A stretch of 64,000 bases of DNA, taken from the NCBI GenBank assembly GCA_963793305.1, contig CAWBZV010000002.1:192001-256000 (forward strand), given 5' to 3'. Below, one piece after another: positions 39,109-54,800 of the stretch. The translations under genes and the position numbers were made by a program. The notes under the pieces were generated by a model. That model was not told the origin of the DNA, ran no database searches, and saw only the letters and a program-made list of their open reading frames with translations. The stretch is from an uncultured Gemmatimonadales bacterium (GTDB lineage: Bacteria; Gemmatimonadota; Gemmatimonadetes; Gemmatimonadales; Gemmatimonadaceae). Each line of letters begins with the position of its first letter. Within the stretch, counting starts at the first letter, position 1.

Positions 39109-39443
39109 CCGAGCGCGGCATCGCGGCGGCGCTGCTCGCGGCCGGCATTCTGTTGCCGGTAGCAGCGCTCGCCCGCCGGCGCACCGGTCCGCCGACCGCG
39201 CTCCTGTTCGTGAGCCGCGGGTGCGCTCGCTGTCTGGCCGCGGCCGCGCAGTTCGACTCGATGACGACGCGGCGCGGCGTCCGTGCGGTTCTCGTCGTCG
39301 ACTCCGGGAGTTGGGCCACGGTCGCGCCGCACGTGCTGCTGACCCGCGACTCGGGGCACGCTCTCGCGCGCGCACTGTCCATTCGCGCGGTCCCCGCGTT
39401 GGTCTCGATCACCGCGGTCGTGCGCTACGACTTCGACCGATGA
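39090..39443 (+). CDS. Membrane-anchored thioredoxin-like protein
   Basis: TM, then LLFVSRGCARC and a cis-Pro-like loop IRAVPALV. Confidence 0.6.
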   Translation: MRFRFLAERGIAAALLAAGILLPVAALARRRTGPPTALLFVSRGCARCLAAAAQFDSMTTRRGVRAVLVVDSGSWATVAPHVLLTRDSGHALARALSIRAVPALVSITAVVRYDFDR

Positions 39444-40036
39444 CGCGCATCCTCTCGCTCCGTGCCATCCGGAAATCGTACCGGAGCGGCATACCAGGCT
39501 GCTCGGCCGCCGTGCGCGTGCTGCGCCGCGTCGATCTCGACGTCGTGCCCGGCGAAGTCGTCGGGATCGTCGGCGGGCCGGGCTCGGGGAAGTCGACGTT
39601 GCTGCTCTGTGCCGCGGGCCTGCTCCGTCCCGATGCCGGCACGGTCGAACGTCCGCGGGACGGGACGTACGTCTCGGCGCTTCCGCCGGCCTATCACTGG
39701 ATGGCGGTGCTCGACATGGTCGCCCTCTTGACGCGCTTGCCACGCCCCACGGCGATTCGCGAGTCGCTGGATCGCGTCGGGCTCGGCGGTGATCTCGCTC
39801 GTCCGGTCGGCACACTGTCGAGCGACGCGCTGGCGCGACTCCATGTCGCGTTTCTCCTCGTTACCATGCCGGTGCTCGCCCTCATCGATGGACCGATCTC
39901 GGCGCTCATCGGGTTGCTGCCGCCTGCTGGTGTCACGGTCATGGTCGCGGCGCGGGACGCCCGCGCGGTCGAGTCGCTCGCGACACGCGTGGTTGTGCTC
40001 GCCGACGGCATGGCGCGCGGGGCGGTGCGCAGGTGA
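39440..40036 (+). CDS. Degenerate ABC ATP-binding protein
   Basis: Walker A GGPGSGKST intact; signature LSSDA, Walker B LIDG. Confidence 0.75.
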   Translation: MTRILSLRAIRKSYRSGIPGCSAAVRVLRRVDLDVVPGEVVGIVGGPGSGKSTLLLCAAGLLRPDAGTVERPRDGTYVSALPPAYHWMAVLDMVALLTRLPRPTAIRESLDRVGLGGDLARPVGTLSSDALARLHVAFLLVTMPVLALIDGPISALIGLLPPAGVTVMVAARDARAVESLATRVVVLADGMARGAVRR

Positions 40037-40617
40037 TATGGCTGGCGCTCGTTGCGCATGCAGGATCTGGCTTCGCCCTGCTCGTCACGCTTTCGGCACG
40101 GCTGCAGCCAGCGTTGCTTGCCACCGCTCACCCTGGCCATTCGCTGGCGCTCGAGCCGGGACTTCGCATGCTACTCATCGCCTATGCGTCGACGCCTCGG
40201 TTGACGGCCATCCCCATGGCGGCGGTTGCCTGGCTGCGCGCTGGCCGAATGGGTCGTGAGCGCACCGAGTTTCGCCGATGGTTTGGCGCCGGGTTCGTGG
40301 TCCTCGCCGCCGAGTCGGTGCTCCGGGCATTGGCGGCGCTGGGCGTCCACGACGCGATGACGCCGGCAACATGGGCGGCGAAGCTCCGGCCGCCGTTACC
40401 GATTGTTTCGGCAGCGGTCACGATGATCGTCGCCGGCATGTGTTGGGCACTGGCGTTGAGAGAAGCGACGGCGGCTCGGCGCGGGTCTGCCGACGGACCG
40501 GACGTGTGGGACACCCAAGACGCGGCCGCCGCGATGTGGTGGACGGGCGCGATCGCCATTGCCGCGTCACACCTCGTCGCGCCGCTCGCTGTCGCGTTCG
40601 TTCTGCGCCTCGGTTAG
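40033..40617 (+). CDS. Multi-pass membrane protein
   Basis: About 5 hydrophobic segments; GTGA overlap with the ATPase. Confidence 0.55.
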   Translation: MIWLALVAHAGSGFALLVTLSARLQPALLATAHPGHSLALEPGLRMLLIAYASTPRLTAIPMAAVAWLRAGRMGRERTEFRRWFGAGFVVLAAESVLRALAALGVHDAMTPATWAAKLRPPLPIVSAAVTMIVAGMCWALALREATAARRGSADGPDVWDTQDAAAAMWWTGAIAIAASHLVAPLAVAFVLRLG

Positions 40618-40631
40618 CTTGTGACGCTCCG

Positions 40632-42087
40632 ATGCCGTCTGCGCCACCCTTCCTTCTGTACGACACGATGTTGCGCAGGGTCGAGCCGTTCGCTCCGGCG
40701 GACGGGAAGACCGTGCGCCTCTATACGTGCGGCCCCACGGTCTACAACTTCGCGCACATCGGAAATTTTCGGACGTTCTTGTTCGAGGATCTCCTGCGTC
40801 GGGCGTTCGAACTGCGCGGTTGGGATGTCGATCAGGCGATGAACCTGACGGATGTCGAGGACAAGATCATCGCCAAGGCCGTGAAGGAGCGAGTCACGAT
40901 CGGCGACGTCACGGCGCCGATGATCGTGCAGTTCTTCAGGGACCTGGACTACCTCAAGATTCAGCACGCCGAGCACTATCCGCGGGCGACTGAGTACATC
41001 CCGCAGATGATCGCGCTGGTCCAGAAGCTCGAGGAGCGCGGCATTGCGTATCGCGCGGACGATGGCTCGGTGTACTTCGCGATCCAGCGGTTTCCGTCGT
41101 ACGGCCGTCTCTCGCGACTCGACAAGCGCGAGCTCAAGCCCGGCGCTCGGGTGTCCAGTGACGACTACTCCAAGGAAAACGCCGACGATTTCGCCTTATG
41201 GAAGGCGGCCAAGCCCGAGGATGAGCAGACGGGCGCCGCATGGGATTCGCCCTGGGGGCGCGGGCGCCCGGGCTGGCATCTCGAGTGCTCGGCCATGGCG
41301 ATGTCGATTCTGGGGCAGACGCTCGATCTCCATTGCGGAGGGATCGATCTCATCTTCCCGCATCACGAGGACGAGATCGCCCAGTCGGAGGGCGCGACCG
41401 GGGTGACCTTCGCCCGGCATTGGTGCCACGGCGAGTTTTTGCTGATGGAGGGGGCGAAGATGGCGAAACGGGTCGGCAACGTTGTCACCGTTGCCGACTT
41501 GCAAGCCGAAGGGATTCCGGCGGCGGCCGTGCGGCATTCTCATCTACAACACGCATTACCGGCAGGTGCTGAACCTGACGGACGAAGGTCTGGAGGCATC
41601 CAAGGCCGCCGTCATGCATTTGGCTGAGCTCGCTGAGCGTCTGGATTCGCCTATGCCAGGCAGCGGTACCCCGGCCATGGCGACCGCCGTCGCCGAGCTC
41701 GAACAGGGTATTAGAGAGGCGCTGTTCGACGACCTGAACGCTCCGCGTGCACTCGCTACGGTGTTCAACTTCGTTCGGGCGGCCAATGCCGACCTCGACC
41801 GTAAGGGCGGCGATGCTTCGGCTATCTCCCAGGCCCGCAACGGTCTCCAGTTCATCGAGACGACGCTCGGCATCGTCCCGCCCAAGCGCTTAATGGGTAT
41901 CTACCCGCCGCAGCACGACGGCGCTGACGAGGTCACCCAGTGGGTGAACGCCCGGTTGGCGGAGCGAGCGGCCGCCAGAGTCGCCCGGGACTTCGCCAAG
42001 GCCGATGCCATACGGGATGAGCTCGCTACAAAGGGTGTCCAAATCAAAGACTCGGGCGTCGGGACGACGTGGAAGAAAGTCAGTTAG
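40632..42087 (+). CDS. cysS: Cysteine--tRNA ligase (frameshift at ~41538)
   Basis: YTCGPTVY, HIGN, PGWHLECSAM, FPHHEDE, KMAK, DDLNAP, ADAIRDEL. Confidence 0.96.
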
Positions 42088-42119
42088 CGTAACCCTGTAA
42101 CGATCGATCTCTTAACACG

Positions 42120-42148
42120 TTGACACTCGTTCACCAGTCGAGTATTGT
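42120..42148 (+). promoter_or_regulatory. Sigma70-type promoter of the tRNA-tuf operon
   Basis: TTGACA (42120-42125), 17-nt spacer, TATTGT (42143-42148). Confidence 0.75.
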
Positions 42149-42171
42149 ACGGGCTCGCGCAAAATTGCTGT

Positions 42172-42244
42172 GCTGACGTAGCTCAATTGGCAGAGCAGCT
42201 GATTTGTAATCAGCAGGTTGCGAGTTCAAGTCTCGCCGTCAGCT
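42172..42244 (+). tRNA. tRNA-Thr(TGT)
   Basis: Cloverleaf; anticodon arm GCTGA-TTTGTAA-TCAGC. Confidence 0.95.
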
Positions 42245-42290
42245 CTCTGGAACACGTCAGTGCGGCTCTTTGCGTGGGTAAGTAGCTCAC

Positions 42291-42373
42291 GGTGGGGTAC
42301 CCAAGTGGCCAACGGGAGCAGACTGTAAATCTGCCGGCGTATGCCTTCGAAGGTTCGAATCCTTCCCCCACCA
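42291..42373 (+). tRNA. tRNA-Tyr(GTA)
   Basis: GCAGA-CTGTAAA-TCTGC, long variable arm, GGTTCGAATCC. Confidence 0.95.
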
Positions 42374-42385
42374 TTCGCGGGGGAC

Positions 42386-42458
42386 GCGGGAGTAGCTCAG
42401 TTGGTAGAGCGCAAGCCTTCCAAGCTTGATGTCGCGGGTTCGAGCCCCGTCTCCCGCT
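42386..42458 (+). tRNA. tRNA-Gly(TCC)
   Basis: GCGGGAG/CTCCCGC acceptor; CAAGC-CTTCCAA-GCTTG. Confidence 0.95.
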
Positions 42459-42586
42459 TGTCGAGGATGCAGGAGCTGGAGCTGATGTTGGGCACAAAGA
42501 CACGCGAGACGCGCAGCACGAGGAGTCGAGCCAAGGCGAGACGACATCTAATAGGACAGAGCTACGCGAGAGTTTGCGTAGCAAAC

Positions 42587-42659
42587 GCTCGCGTAGCTCA
42601 GTCGGTAGAGCGCACCCTTGGTAAGGGTGAGGTCATCGGTTCAATCCCGATCGCGAGCT
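42587..42659 (+). tRNA. tRNA-Thr(GGT)
   Basis: GCTCGCG/CGCGAGC acceptor; CACCC-TTGGTAA-GGGTG. Confidence 0.95.
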
Positions 42660-42696
42660 TGGACGTAGGACACTTAACACTGGACGCAAATTAGTC

Positions 42697-43890
42697 ATGG
42701 CAAAGGCAAAGTTTGAGCGGACGAAGCCGCACGTAAACGTGGGAACGATCGGGCACGTCGACCATGGAAAGACGACGTTGACCGCGGCGATAACGCTGGT
42801 CCAATCGGCAAAGGGATTGGCCCAGAAAGTTGCGTTTGATCAAATCGATAAGGCGCCGGAAGAGCGCGAGCGTGGAATCACGATCGCGACGGCGCATGTA
42901 GAGTATGAGAGCGACAAGCGGCACTATGCGCACGTCGACTGCCCAGGTCACGCCGATTACGTGAAGAACATGATCACGGGTGCTGCCCAGATGGACGGCG
43001 CCATTCTCGTGGTCAGCGCCGCTGACGGCCCGATGCCGCAGACGCGCGAGCACATCCTGCTCGCCCGTCAGGTCAACGTGCCGTTCATCGTCGTGTTCAT
43101 GAACAAGGTCGATTCCGTCGACGATCCAGAGCTGCTGGATCTCGTCGAGCTCGAGGTCCGCGAGCTGTTGAGCGCGTACAACTTCCCAGGCGATGAGATC
43201 CCGGTGATCCGTGGCTCGGCGCTTAAGGCGCTCGAGAGCGGCGACCCGAAGTCGGAGTGGGGTGCCAAGATCGGCGAGCTGATGACCGCCTTGGATTCGT
43301 ACATCCCGATTCCGAAGCGTGAAGTCGACAAGCCGTTCCTGATGCCGGTCGAAGACGTGTTCTCGATCACGGGCCGTGGCACAGTGGCCACCGGTCGTAT
43401 CGAACGCGGCAAAGTCAAAGTCGGCGAAGAGCTCGCATTGATCGGATTCAACTCCGACAAGAAGACGGTCGTTACTGGCGTCGAGATGTTCAGAAAGCTG
43501 CTCGATGACGGCCAGGCTGGCGACAACGTCGGACTGCTTCTGCGTGGACTGGGCAAGGAAGATGTCGAGCGCGGGATGGTGCTGGCGAAGACGGGTTCGA
43601 TCACGCCGCACACGCACTTCGATGCGGAAGTCTACGTGCTGACCAAGGAAGAGGGCGGGCGGCACACGCCGTTCTTCAAGGGCTATCGTCCGCAGTTTTA
43701 TTTTAGAACAACGGATGTCACGGGAAGCGTTGAGCTCCCCGCGGGCACCGAGATGGTCATGCCGGGCGACAATATCCAGATGGCCATTGAGTTGATCACA
43801 CCGATCGCCATGGACGAGGGTCTGCGGTTCGCCATTCGTGAGGGTGGCCGGACGGTCGGCGCCGGTGTCGTCACCAAAATCATCAAGTAA
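42697..43890 (+). CDS. tuf: Elongation factor Tu
   Basis: [21 protein letters not shown]. Confidence 0.99.
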   Translation: MAKAKFERTKPHVNVGTIGHVDHGKTTLTAAITLVQSAKGLAQKVAFDQIDKAPEERERGITIATAHVEYESDKRHYAHVDCPGHADYVKNMITGAAQMDGAILVVSAADGPMPQTREHILLARQVNVPFIVVFMNKVDSVDDPELLDLVELEVRELLSAYNFPGDEIPVIRGSALKALESGDPKSEWGAKIGELMTALDSYIPIPKREVDKPFLMPVEDVFSITGRGTVATGRIERGKVKVGEELALIGFNSDKKTVVTGVEMFRKLLDDGQAGDNVGLLLRGLGKEDVERGMVLAKTGSITPHTHFDAEVYVLTKEEGGRHTPFFKGYRPQFYFRTTDVTGSVELPAGTEMVMPGDNIQMAIELITPIAMDEGLRFAIREGGRTVGAGVVTKIIK

Positions 43891-43896
43891 ATCGCC

Positions 43897-44049
43897 ATGC
43901 CTCGCGAGAAGATCATCCTAGCGTGCAACGAGTGCAAAAACCGCAACTACTTCACCACGAAGAACAAGCGCACGCATCCCGAGCGCGTCGAGTGGAAGAA
44001 GTATTGCCCGCGGTGCAACAAGCACCACGTGCATAAGGAAACCAAGTAG
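43897..44049 (+). CDS. rpmG: 50S ribosomal protein L33 (zinc-binding form; below the ORF-track cutoff)
   Basis: [50 protein letters not shown]. Confidence 0.95.
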   Translation: MPREKIILACNECKNRNYFTTKNKRTHPERVEWKKYCPRCNKHHVHKETK

Positions 44050-44050
44050 C

Positions 44051-44314
44051 ATGGCCGTCGACGTGGCGCGAGCGGGTGAGGCCAAGGAAAGCTGGTTTGC
44101 GCGGGTCGGCGCGTTCGTGCATTCGATCCCGTCGACCTACCGGGCCATCGTCAACGAGATGCGCCGGGTGACCTGGCCCAGCGTTGAGGAGATTCGGCAG
44201 TTATCGGTGATGGTGGTGGTCTTGTCGCTCTTTATCGGCGCCGTGATCGCCGTGATGGACGTGACCTTTCAAGCGATCTTGGTGCGATGGATTCCGCAGC
44301 TGTTCGCACGTTGA
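44051..44314 (+). CDS. secE: Preprotein translocase subunit SecE
   Basis: EMRRVTWPS + TM; lies between rpmG and nusG. Confidence 0.92.
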   Translation: MAVDVARAGEAKESWFARVGAFVHSIPSTYRAIVNEMRRVTWPSVEEIRQLSVMVVVLSLFIGAVIAVMDVTFQAILVRWIPQLFAR

Positions 44315-44316
44315 GC

Positions 44317-44859
44317 ATGGAGCATCGCTGGTACGCGATTCAGACGACCGCCGGACATGAGAACAAAGTCCGGTCGCTGATTCAGCGGAAGATCGAGATG
44401 GACCCGGCTGCCGCCGAGGTCCGCTCGATCCGCCAGGCGTTGGTCCCGACGCAGGAAGTCGTCGAGATCAAGAATGGCAAGAAAGTGAATGTGGAACGGA
44501 AGATGTACCCTGGGTATGTGCTCGTTGAGATGGTCATGAATCAGGAAACGATTCATACCATCAACGGCATCCAAGGGGTGATCAAGTTCGTCGGGCATGA
44601 TCGGCTGCCGCAGCCGCTCCGGCCCGACGAGGTCAATCGGCTCCTCGGGATCGCGACTGATGCCGAGCCAGAGGAGCCGAAAGAAGAGATTCCGTTCCTG
44701 GTCGGTCAGGCGGTCGCTATCACCGAGGGGCCCTTCACCGATTTCAACGGGACTGTTGAAGAGGTCATGCCGGATAAGGGCAAGGTTCGCGTCTCGGTTT
44801 CGCTGTTCGGCCGACCGACTTCGGTGGAACTCGACTACTTGCAGTTAAAGGCATACTGA
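44317..44859 (+). CDS. nusG: Transcription termination/antitermination factor NusG
   Basis: WYAIQT, YPGYVLVEM, KOW GPFTDFNG, FGRPTSVEL. Confidence 0.96.
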   Translation: MEHRWYAIQTTAGHENKVRSLIQRKIEMDPAAAEVRSIRQALVPTQEVVEIKNGKKVNVERKMYPGYVLVEMVMNQETIHTINGIQGVIKFVGHDRLPQPLRPDEVNRLLGIATDAEPEEPKEEIPFLVGQAVAITEGPFTDFNGTVEEVMPDKGKVRVSVSLFGRPTSVELDYLQLKAY

Positions 44860-45002
44860 ACGCAGGGCGCTTCGCGCCACCGCACAGGCGGCGAAGCGGG
44901 GCATGGTGTGGTTGGGTTTGGCGGGGTTTGGCAGCCGCGCACGAGCGTAGCGAAGTGCGCGCCGAGTAGGCCGTCGGAGACCACGCCGACGCGAAAAGAA
45001 CA

Positions 45003-45028
45003 GTGGGAGTCGTAGGTACGACGCTAAG
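45003..45028 (+). promoter_or_regulatory. Candidate L1-binding autoregulatory site upstream of rplK
   Basis: GGGA-GTCGTA-GG-TACGAC-GCTAA resembles the rplK leader L1 operator; expected position. Confidence 0.45.
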
Positions 45029-45040
45029 AGAGGGAGTCGA

Positions 45041-45463
45041 ATGGCGAAAAAGGTTACGGGATTCGTGAAGCTCCAGATTCCTGCGGGGCGCGCGAATCCG
45101 GCACCCCCTGTCGGCACCGCACTGGGCCCACAGGGGATCAACATCATGGCGTTCGTGAAGGAGTTCAACGCACGCACGCAGGGCCAGGATACCATCCTGC
45201 CCGTCGAAGTCACGATCTTCAGTGACAAGTCGTTCACTTTTATCACCAAGACGCCGCCCGCGGCGGTCTTGCTGAAGAAAGAGGCGGGTGTCGAGAAGGG
45301 CTCGGGCACGCCGAACAAGCAAAAGGTGGGCTCAGTCACCAAGGCGCAGATCCGCAAGATCGCGGAGATCAAGCTGCCGGACCTGAATTGCGATTCGATC
45401 GAGTCGGCCGAAGCGATGGTGGCCGGCGCCGCGCGGTCGATGGGCATCGAGGTCAAGGGCTGA
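45041..45463 (+). CDS. rplK: 50S ribosomal protein L11
   Basis: [19 protein letters not shown]. Confidence 0.98.
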   Translation: MAKKVTGFVKLQIPAGRANPAPPVGTALGPQGINIMAFVKEFNARTQGQDTILPVEVTIFSDKSFTFITKTPPAAVLLKKEAGVEKGSGTPNKQKVGSVTKAQIRKIAEIKLPDLNCDSIESAEAMVAGAARSMGIEVKG

Positions 45464-46155
45464 TGAACACGCACGGGAAGAAGTACACGGACGCGGCAAA
45501 GCGGCTGCCGATCGGGGCGCCGCAGTCAGCGCACGCGGCTCTGGAGCTCGTCAAGCAGGCGGCCTTCGCCAAGTTCGACGAGACCGTCGAGGTCTCCGTC
45601 CATCTGGGCGTCGACCCGCGCCACGCCGACCAGCTCGTGCGCGGCACGGTCGTGCTGCCGGCGGGCACCGGTAAGTCGGTCCGCGTGCTCGTGATCGCGG
45701 TCGGCGACAAGGCCCGCGACGCGCAGGCGGCGGGAGCCGATTTTGTCGGCGCAGAGTACATCCAGAAGATCAAAGAGGGCTGGATGGACTTCGACGTGAT
45801 GATCGCGACCCCGGACCAGATGGGTCAGGTGGGCCAACTCGGCCGCGTGCTCGGGCCCCGTGGTCTCATGCCGAATCCCAAGGCCGGCACGGTGACGCCC
45901 GACGTGGCGAGAGCCGTGCGCGACACGAAGGCCGGAAAGATCGAGTTCCGCGTCGATAAGGGCGGCAACCTGCACGCGCCGATCGGCAAGGTCTCGTTCG
46001 CGGTCGATGCACTGCAGACGAACTTCAACGCGCTGATGGAGACGGTGGTTCGCTCCAAGCCAGCCGCCGCGAAGGGCGTGTACATCAAGAACGTCGTGAT
46101 CTCGAGCACCATGGGCCCGGGTATCACGATCGACATTACGCCCTATCGCTCATAG
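45463..46155 (+). CDS. rplA: 50S ribosomal protein L1
   Basis: [28 protein letters not shown]. Confidence 0.98.
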   Translation: MNTHGKKYTDAAKRLPIGAPQSAHAALELVKQAAFAKFDETVEVSVHLGVDPRHADQLVRGTVVLPAGTGKSVRVLVIAVGDKARDAQAAGADFVGAEYIQKIKEGWMDFDVMIATPDQMGQVGQLGRVLGPRGLMPNPKAGTVTPDVARAVRDTKAGKIEFRVDKGGNLHAPIGKVSFAVDALQTNFNALMETVVRSKPAAAKGVYIKNVVISSTMGPGITIDITPYRS

Positions 46156-46157
46156 AT

Positions 46158-46667
46158 ATGAAAAAGACAGAGAAAGAAGCTCTGGTCTCAGAGCTCAAAT
46201 CGAAGATGGTCGGGGCAAAAGCCCTGTACTACACTGACTTCACGGGCTTGAACGTGAAGCAGATGACGGATTTGCGGCGCCGGTTCCGGAAGGGCGGCGT
46301 CGAGTACGTCGTTATCAAGAATTCACTGGCGCTTCGCGCCGTGAATCAAAGCGGTCTCGTGGGTACCAAGCTCAAGGGCCCCACCGGCATTGTGATTGGG
46401 AAGGACCCGGTCACGGCTGCCAAAGTTTTGACCGATTTTGCTAAAGAATTCGAGAAACCCGGGGTCAAAGGCGGGTTGCTCGATGGCAAGGTGATCGACA
46501 AGGCGCAGATAACGAAACTCGCGACGATGCCGTCGCGGGAGCAGCTCCTCGCCAACCTCGGTGCCGCGCTCCAATCGCCGTTGGCCGGATTCGCCGGCGC
46601 GCTCAACGGTGTGCTGTCCACGTTCGCCGGCGCGCTCGAGGCGTTGCGCGCCCAGCGCGAAGGGTGA
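46158..46667 (+). CDS. rplJ: 50S ribosomal protein L10
   Basis: DFTGLNV, VIKNSL, LKGPT, MPSREQLL. Confidence 0.95.
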   Translation: MKKTEKEALVSELKSKMVGAKALYYTDFTGLNVKQMTDLRRRFRKGGVEYVVIKNSLALRAVNQSGLVGTKLKGPTGIVIGKDPVTAAKVLTDFAKEFEKPGVKGGLLDGKVIDKAQITKLATMPSREQLLANLGAALQSPLAGFAGALNGVLSTFAGALEALRAQREG

Positions 46668-46700
46668 CCCTCCCCGTACTATATTTAGAGAGACGAGACA

Positions 46701-47111
46701 ATGGCTAACGCAACGCAGCTCAGCAGTGACGATATCCTCGAAGCAATCGGCAACATGTCGGTCTTCGAGCTTTCCGAGCTGATCGACAAGTTCAAGAGCA
46801 AGTTCAACGTGACCATCGCCGCCGCACCAGTCGGTGGCGCAGCGCCGGCAGCTGGCGGCGCCGGCGGTGGCGCCGCAGCAGCGGCGCCCGTCGAGGAGCA
46901 GACCGAGTTCGCGGTCACGCTCAAGGAAGCGGGTGCGAAGAAGATTCAGGTCATCAAGGTCGTGCGCGAAGTCACGTCGCTCGGCCTGAAGGAAGCAAAA
47001 GACCTGGTCGACGGCGCACCGCAGGTCGTGAAAGCTGGCGTCTCAAAGGACGAGGCGGCACTGATCAAGGCCAAGTTGGAGGAACAGGGCGCGACGGTCG
47101 AGGTGAAGTAA
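46701..47111 (+). CDS. rplL: 50S ribosomal protein L7/L12
   Basis: [27 protein letters not shown]. Confidence 0.98.
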   Translation: MANATQLSSDDILEAIGNMSVFELSELIDKFKSKFNVTIAAAPVGGAAPAAGGAGGGAAAAAPVEEQTEFAVTLKEAGAKKIQVIKVVREVTSLGLKEAKDLVDGAPQVVKAGVSKDEAALIKAKLEEQGATVEVK

Positions 47112-47247
47112 CTGAAGACTGGCGACGGGCCGACGCACGGCCCAAAAGTCGAACTGGAGGGGGAAGTACGTCGTTCCAGCACCCGTTGGAACGGCCGATC
47201 TTCCGTCTCCCGTCCGACGTCCGCATTACACGGGGACCAAGCCTGAC

Positions 47248-51870
<4,623 letters not shown>

Positions 51871-51873
51871 CTC

Positions 51874-54800
51874 ATGATCGATTTTCGCAGCGCGCGCGAG
51901 ACCCGCGCGTCGGCGTTCGACTTCATTCAGGTCCGCATTGCCTCGCCAGAGGAGATTCGCGGCCCGAAGGATCCAAAGGAGCGCGAGCGGCTGGAGATGG
52001 CCGGCTTGCGCACGTGGTGGTCGTGGGGCGAAGTGCTCAAGCCCGAGACGATCAACTATCGCTCGTTCAAGCCCGAGAAAGACGGGTTGTTCTGCGAGCG
52101 CATCTTCGGGCCGGTGAAGGACTGGGAGTGCCACTGCGGCAAGTACAAGCGCATTCGCTATCGCGGCGTCATCTGCGATCGGTGCGGCGTCGAGGTGACG
52201 CTGTCCAAGGTCCGCCGCGAGCGCATGGGGCACATCGAGCTGGCCGTGCCCGTGGCGCACATCTGGTTCTTCAAGACCTTGCCCTCGCCGATGGGCAATC
52301 TCCTCGACATCACCCTGCGTGATCTCGAGAAGATCATCTATTACTCGAACTACGTCGTCATCGACGCGGGGAGCCAGGACGTTCGGTTCACGCAGCTGCT
52401 CGATGAAGACGAGTATCTCTCATTGCGCCAGAAGGCGCGGGACGAGGGCGATGCGGCCTTCATGGCCGACATTGGCGCGCCCGCGGTTCGCGAGTTGCTC
52501 CGCCGCCTCGACGTCGACAAGGTCGCCGGCGAGCTGCGCTCGTCGGTCGCGGTCGAGTCGTCGCAGCATCGCAAGAAGCAGATGCTCAAGCGGCTCAAGA
52601 TCGTCGATGCGTTCATGAATTCCGGCGATGCCGGCGACGTGCGGAATAAGCCGGAGTGGATGATCCTGGACGTGATCCCGGTGATCCCGCCCGATCTCCG
52701 CCCGCTCGTTCCACTGGACGGCGGTCGGTTCGCGACCTCTGACCTGAACGACCTGTATCGCCGTGTTATTAATAGAAATAATCGGCTCCAAAAGCTGATC
52801 ACTCATCGTGCCCCTGAAGTGATCCTGCGCAATGAGAAGCGCATGCTTCAGGAGGCTGTCGATGCGTTGTTCGACAACGGCCGTCGGTCAAAGGCGATTC
52901 GTGGTCGCGGCAAGCGTCCACTGAAGTCGCTGTCCGATATGCTCAAGGGCAAGCAGGGCCGGTTCCGTCAGAACCTGCTCGGCAAGCGCGTCGACTACTC
53001 GGGCCGTTCGGTCATTGTCGTGGGCCCGGAGCTCAAGCTGCACCAGTGCGGTCTGCCAAAGGCCATGGCGCTGGAGCTCTTCAAGCCGTTCATCATCCAT
53101 AAGTTGGTTGAGAAGGGCATTGCCGAGACCGTCAAGCGCGCGAAGAAGATCGTCGAGCGCGAGTCGCCGGAAGTGTACGAGATCCTCGAAGAGATCATTC
53201 GGGATCACCCGGTGCTGCTCAATAGAGCCCCGACGCTGCATCGACTCGGCATTCAGGCATTCGAGCCGGTGCTGGTCGAAGGCAAGGCCATTCGTATTCA
53301 CCCGCTCGTCTGCGCGGCATTCAACGCCGACTTCGACGGCGACCAAATGGCCGTGCACGTGCCGCTCTCGTTCGAGGCGCAGCTGGAGAGTCGTCTCCTG
53401 ATGCTGTCGTCGAACAATATTTTGAAGCCGTCTGACGGCCGCCCGGTCGCGGAGCCCAGCCAGGACATTGTGCTCGGGTGCTATTTCGCGACGCGCGCGA
53501 CACCGGACTTCGACACGGCAGTCAAGAACGCGAAGCGCTATTCCACGGCCGAAGAGGTCGAGATGGCGGTCGCGCTCGGCCACGTCGAGTATCAGTCGCC
53601 GGTGAAGTTCTTGGTCGACGAGCCAACCGGAAAACGCTGGGTCGACACGACCGTCGGTCGCGTGTTGTTCAACGCGATCGTCCCGAAGGAGATCGGGTTC
53701 CAGAACCGCGAGATGAAGAAGAAGGCCCTGGGCGAGCTCGTCTTCGAGTCCTATCGCCGCGGTGGCTTGGCTACGACCGTGGAATTCCTGGACCGCCTGA
53801 AAGACTTCGGATTCAGAAATGCCACGCGCGGTGGTGTCTCGATCGGTATCGAAGACCTCCACATTCCCGCCGAGAAGGAGACACTGCTCGGCGAGGCCGA
53901 GGCGCGCGTCGAGCGGTTCCAGCGCGCGTACCAGACGGGCAATATCACGAACGGCGAGCGCTACAATAAGGTGATCGACACCTGGACGCACGCCAACAAC
54001 GACATTGCCGACGCCATGGTGAAGGCCATGCGCGAGTCGAAGCAGGGATTCAACCCCGTGTTCATGATGTTCGACTCGGGCTCGCGCGGCTCGCGTGACC
54101 AGATTCGTCAGCTGGCCGGTATGCGCGGTCTGATGGCGAAGCCGCAAAAGAAACTGACCGGTGGTATCGGTGAAATTATTGAGAGCCCGATCAAGTCGAA
54201 TTTTAGAGAGGGTCTCTCGGTGTTGGAGTATTTCATTAGTACGCACGGCGCTCGTAAGGGCTTGGCTGACACCGCGCTCAAGACGGCGGATGCCGGTTAC
54301 CTGACGCGTCGTCTCGTTGACGTGGCACAAGATGTCGTGATCACCGAAGACGATTGCGGCACGATCTTGGGCCTCGAAGTCGGCGCCTTGAAAGAAGGCG
54401 AAGACGTCATCGAGCCGCTCGGTGAGCGTATCGTCGGCAACGTCGCGGCCGAAGATGTCGAGGATCCGCACGAGATGGACGAGAGCGGCCGTCGTCGGTT
54501 GTTGATCGAAGCAGGCAAGTTGATCGACGAAGACACCGCGCGCGAAATCGAGGAGTCGGGCATCGAGACGGTGAAGATCCGCTCAGTGCTCACGTGCGAG
54601 GCCAAGCGTGGACTCTGCCGCATGTGCTATGGCCGTAATCTCGCCACGATGTCGATGGTCGACCTCGGCGAGGCGGTCGGTATCATCGCGGCGCAATCGA
54701 TCGGCGAGCCGGGCACGCAGCTGACTCTCCGTACCTTCCATATCGGTGGTACAGCAGCCCGTATCGCCGAGCAGACGAGCCGGAAGTCGAAAGTCGCCGG

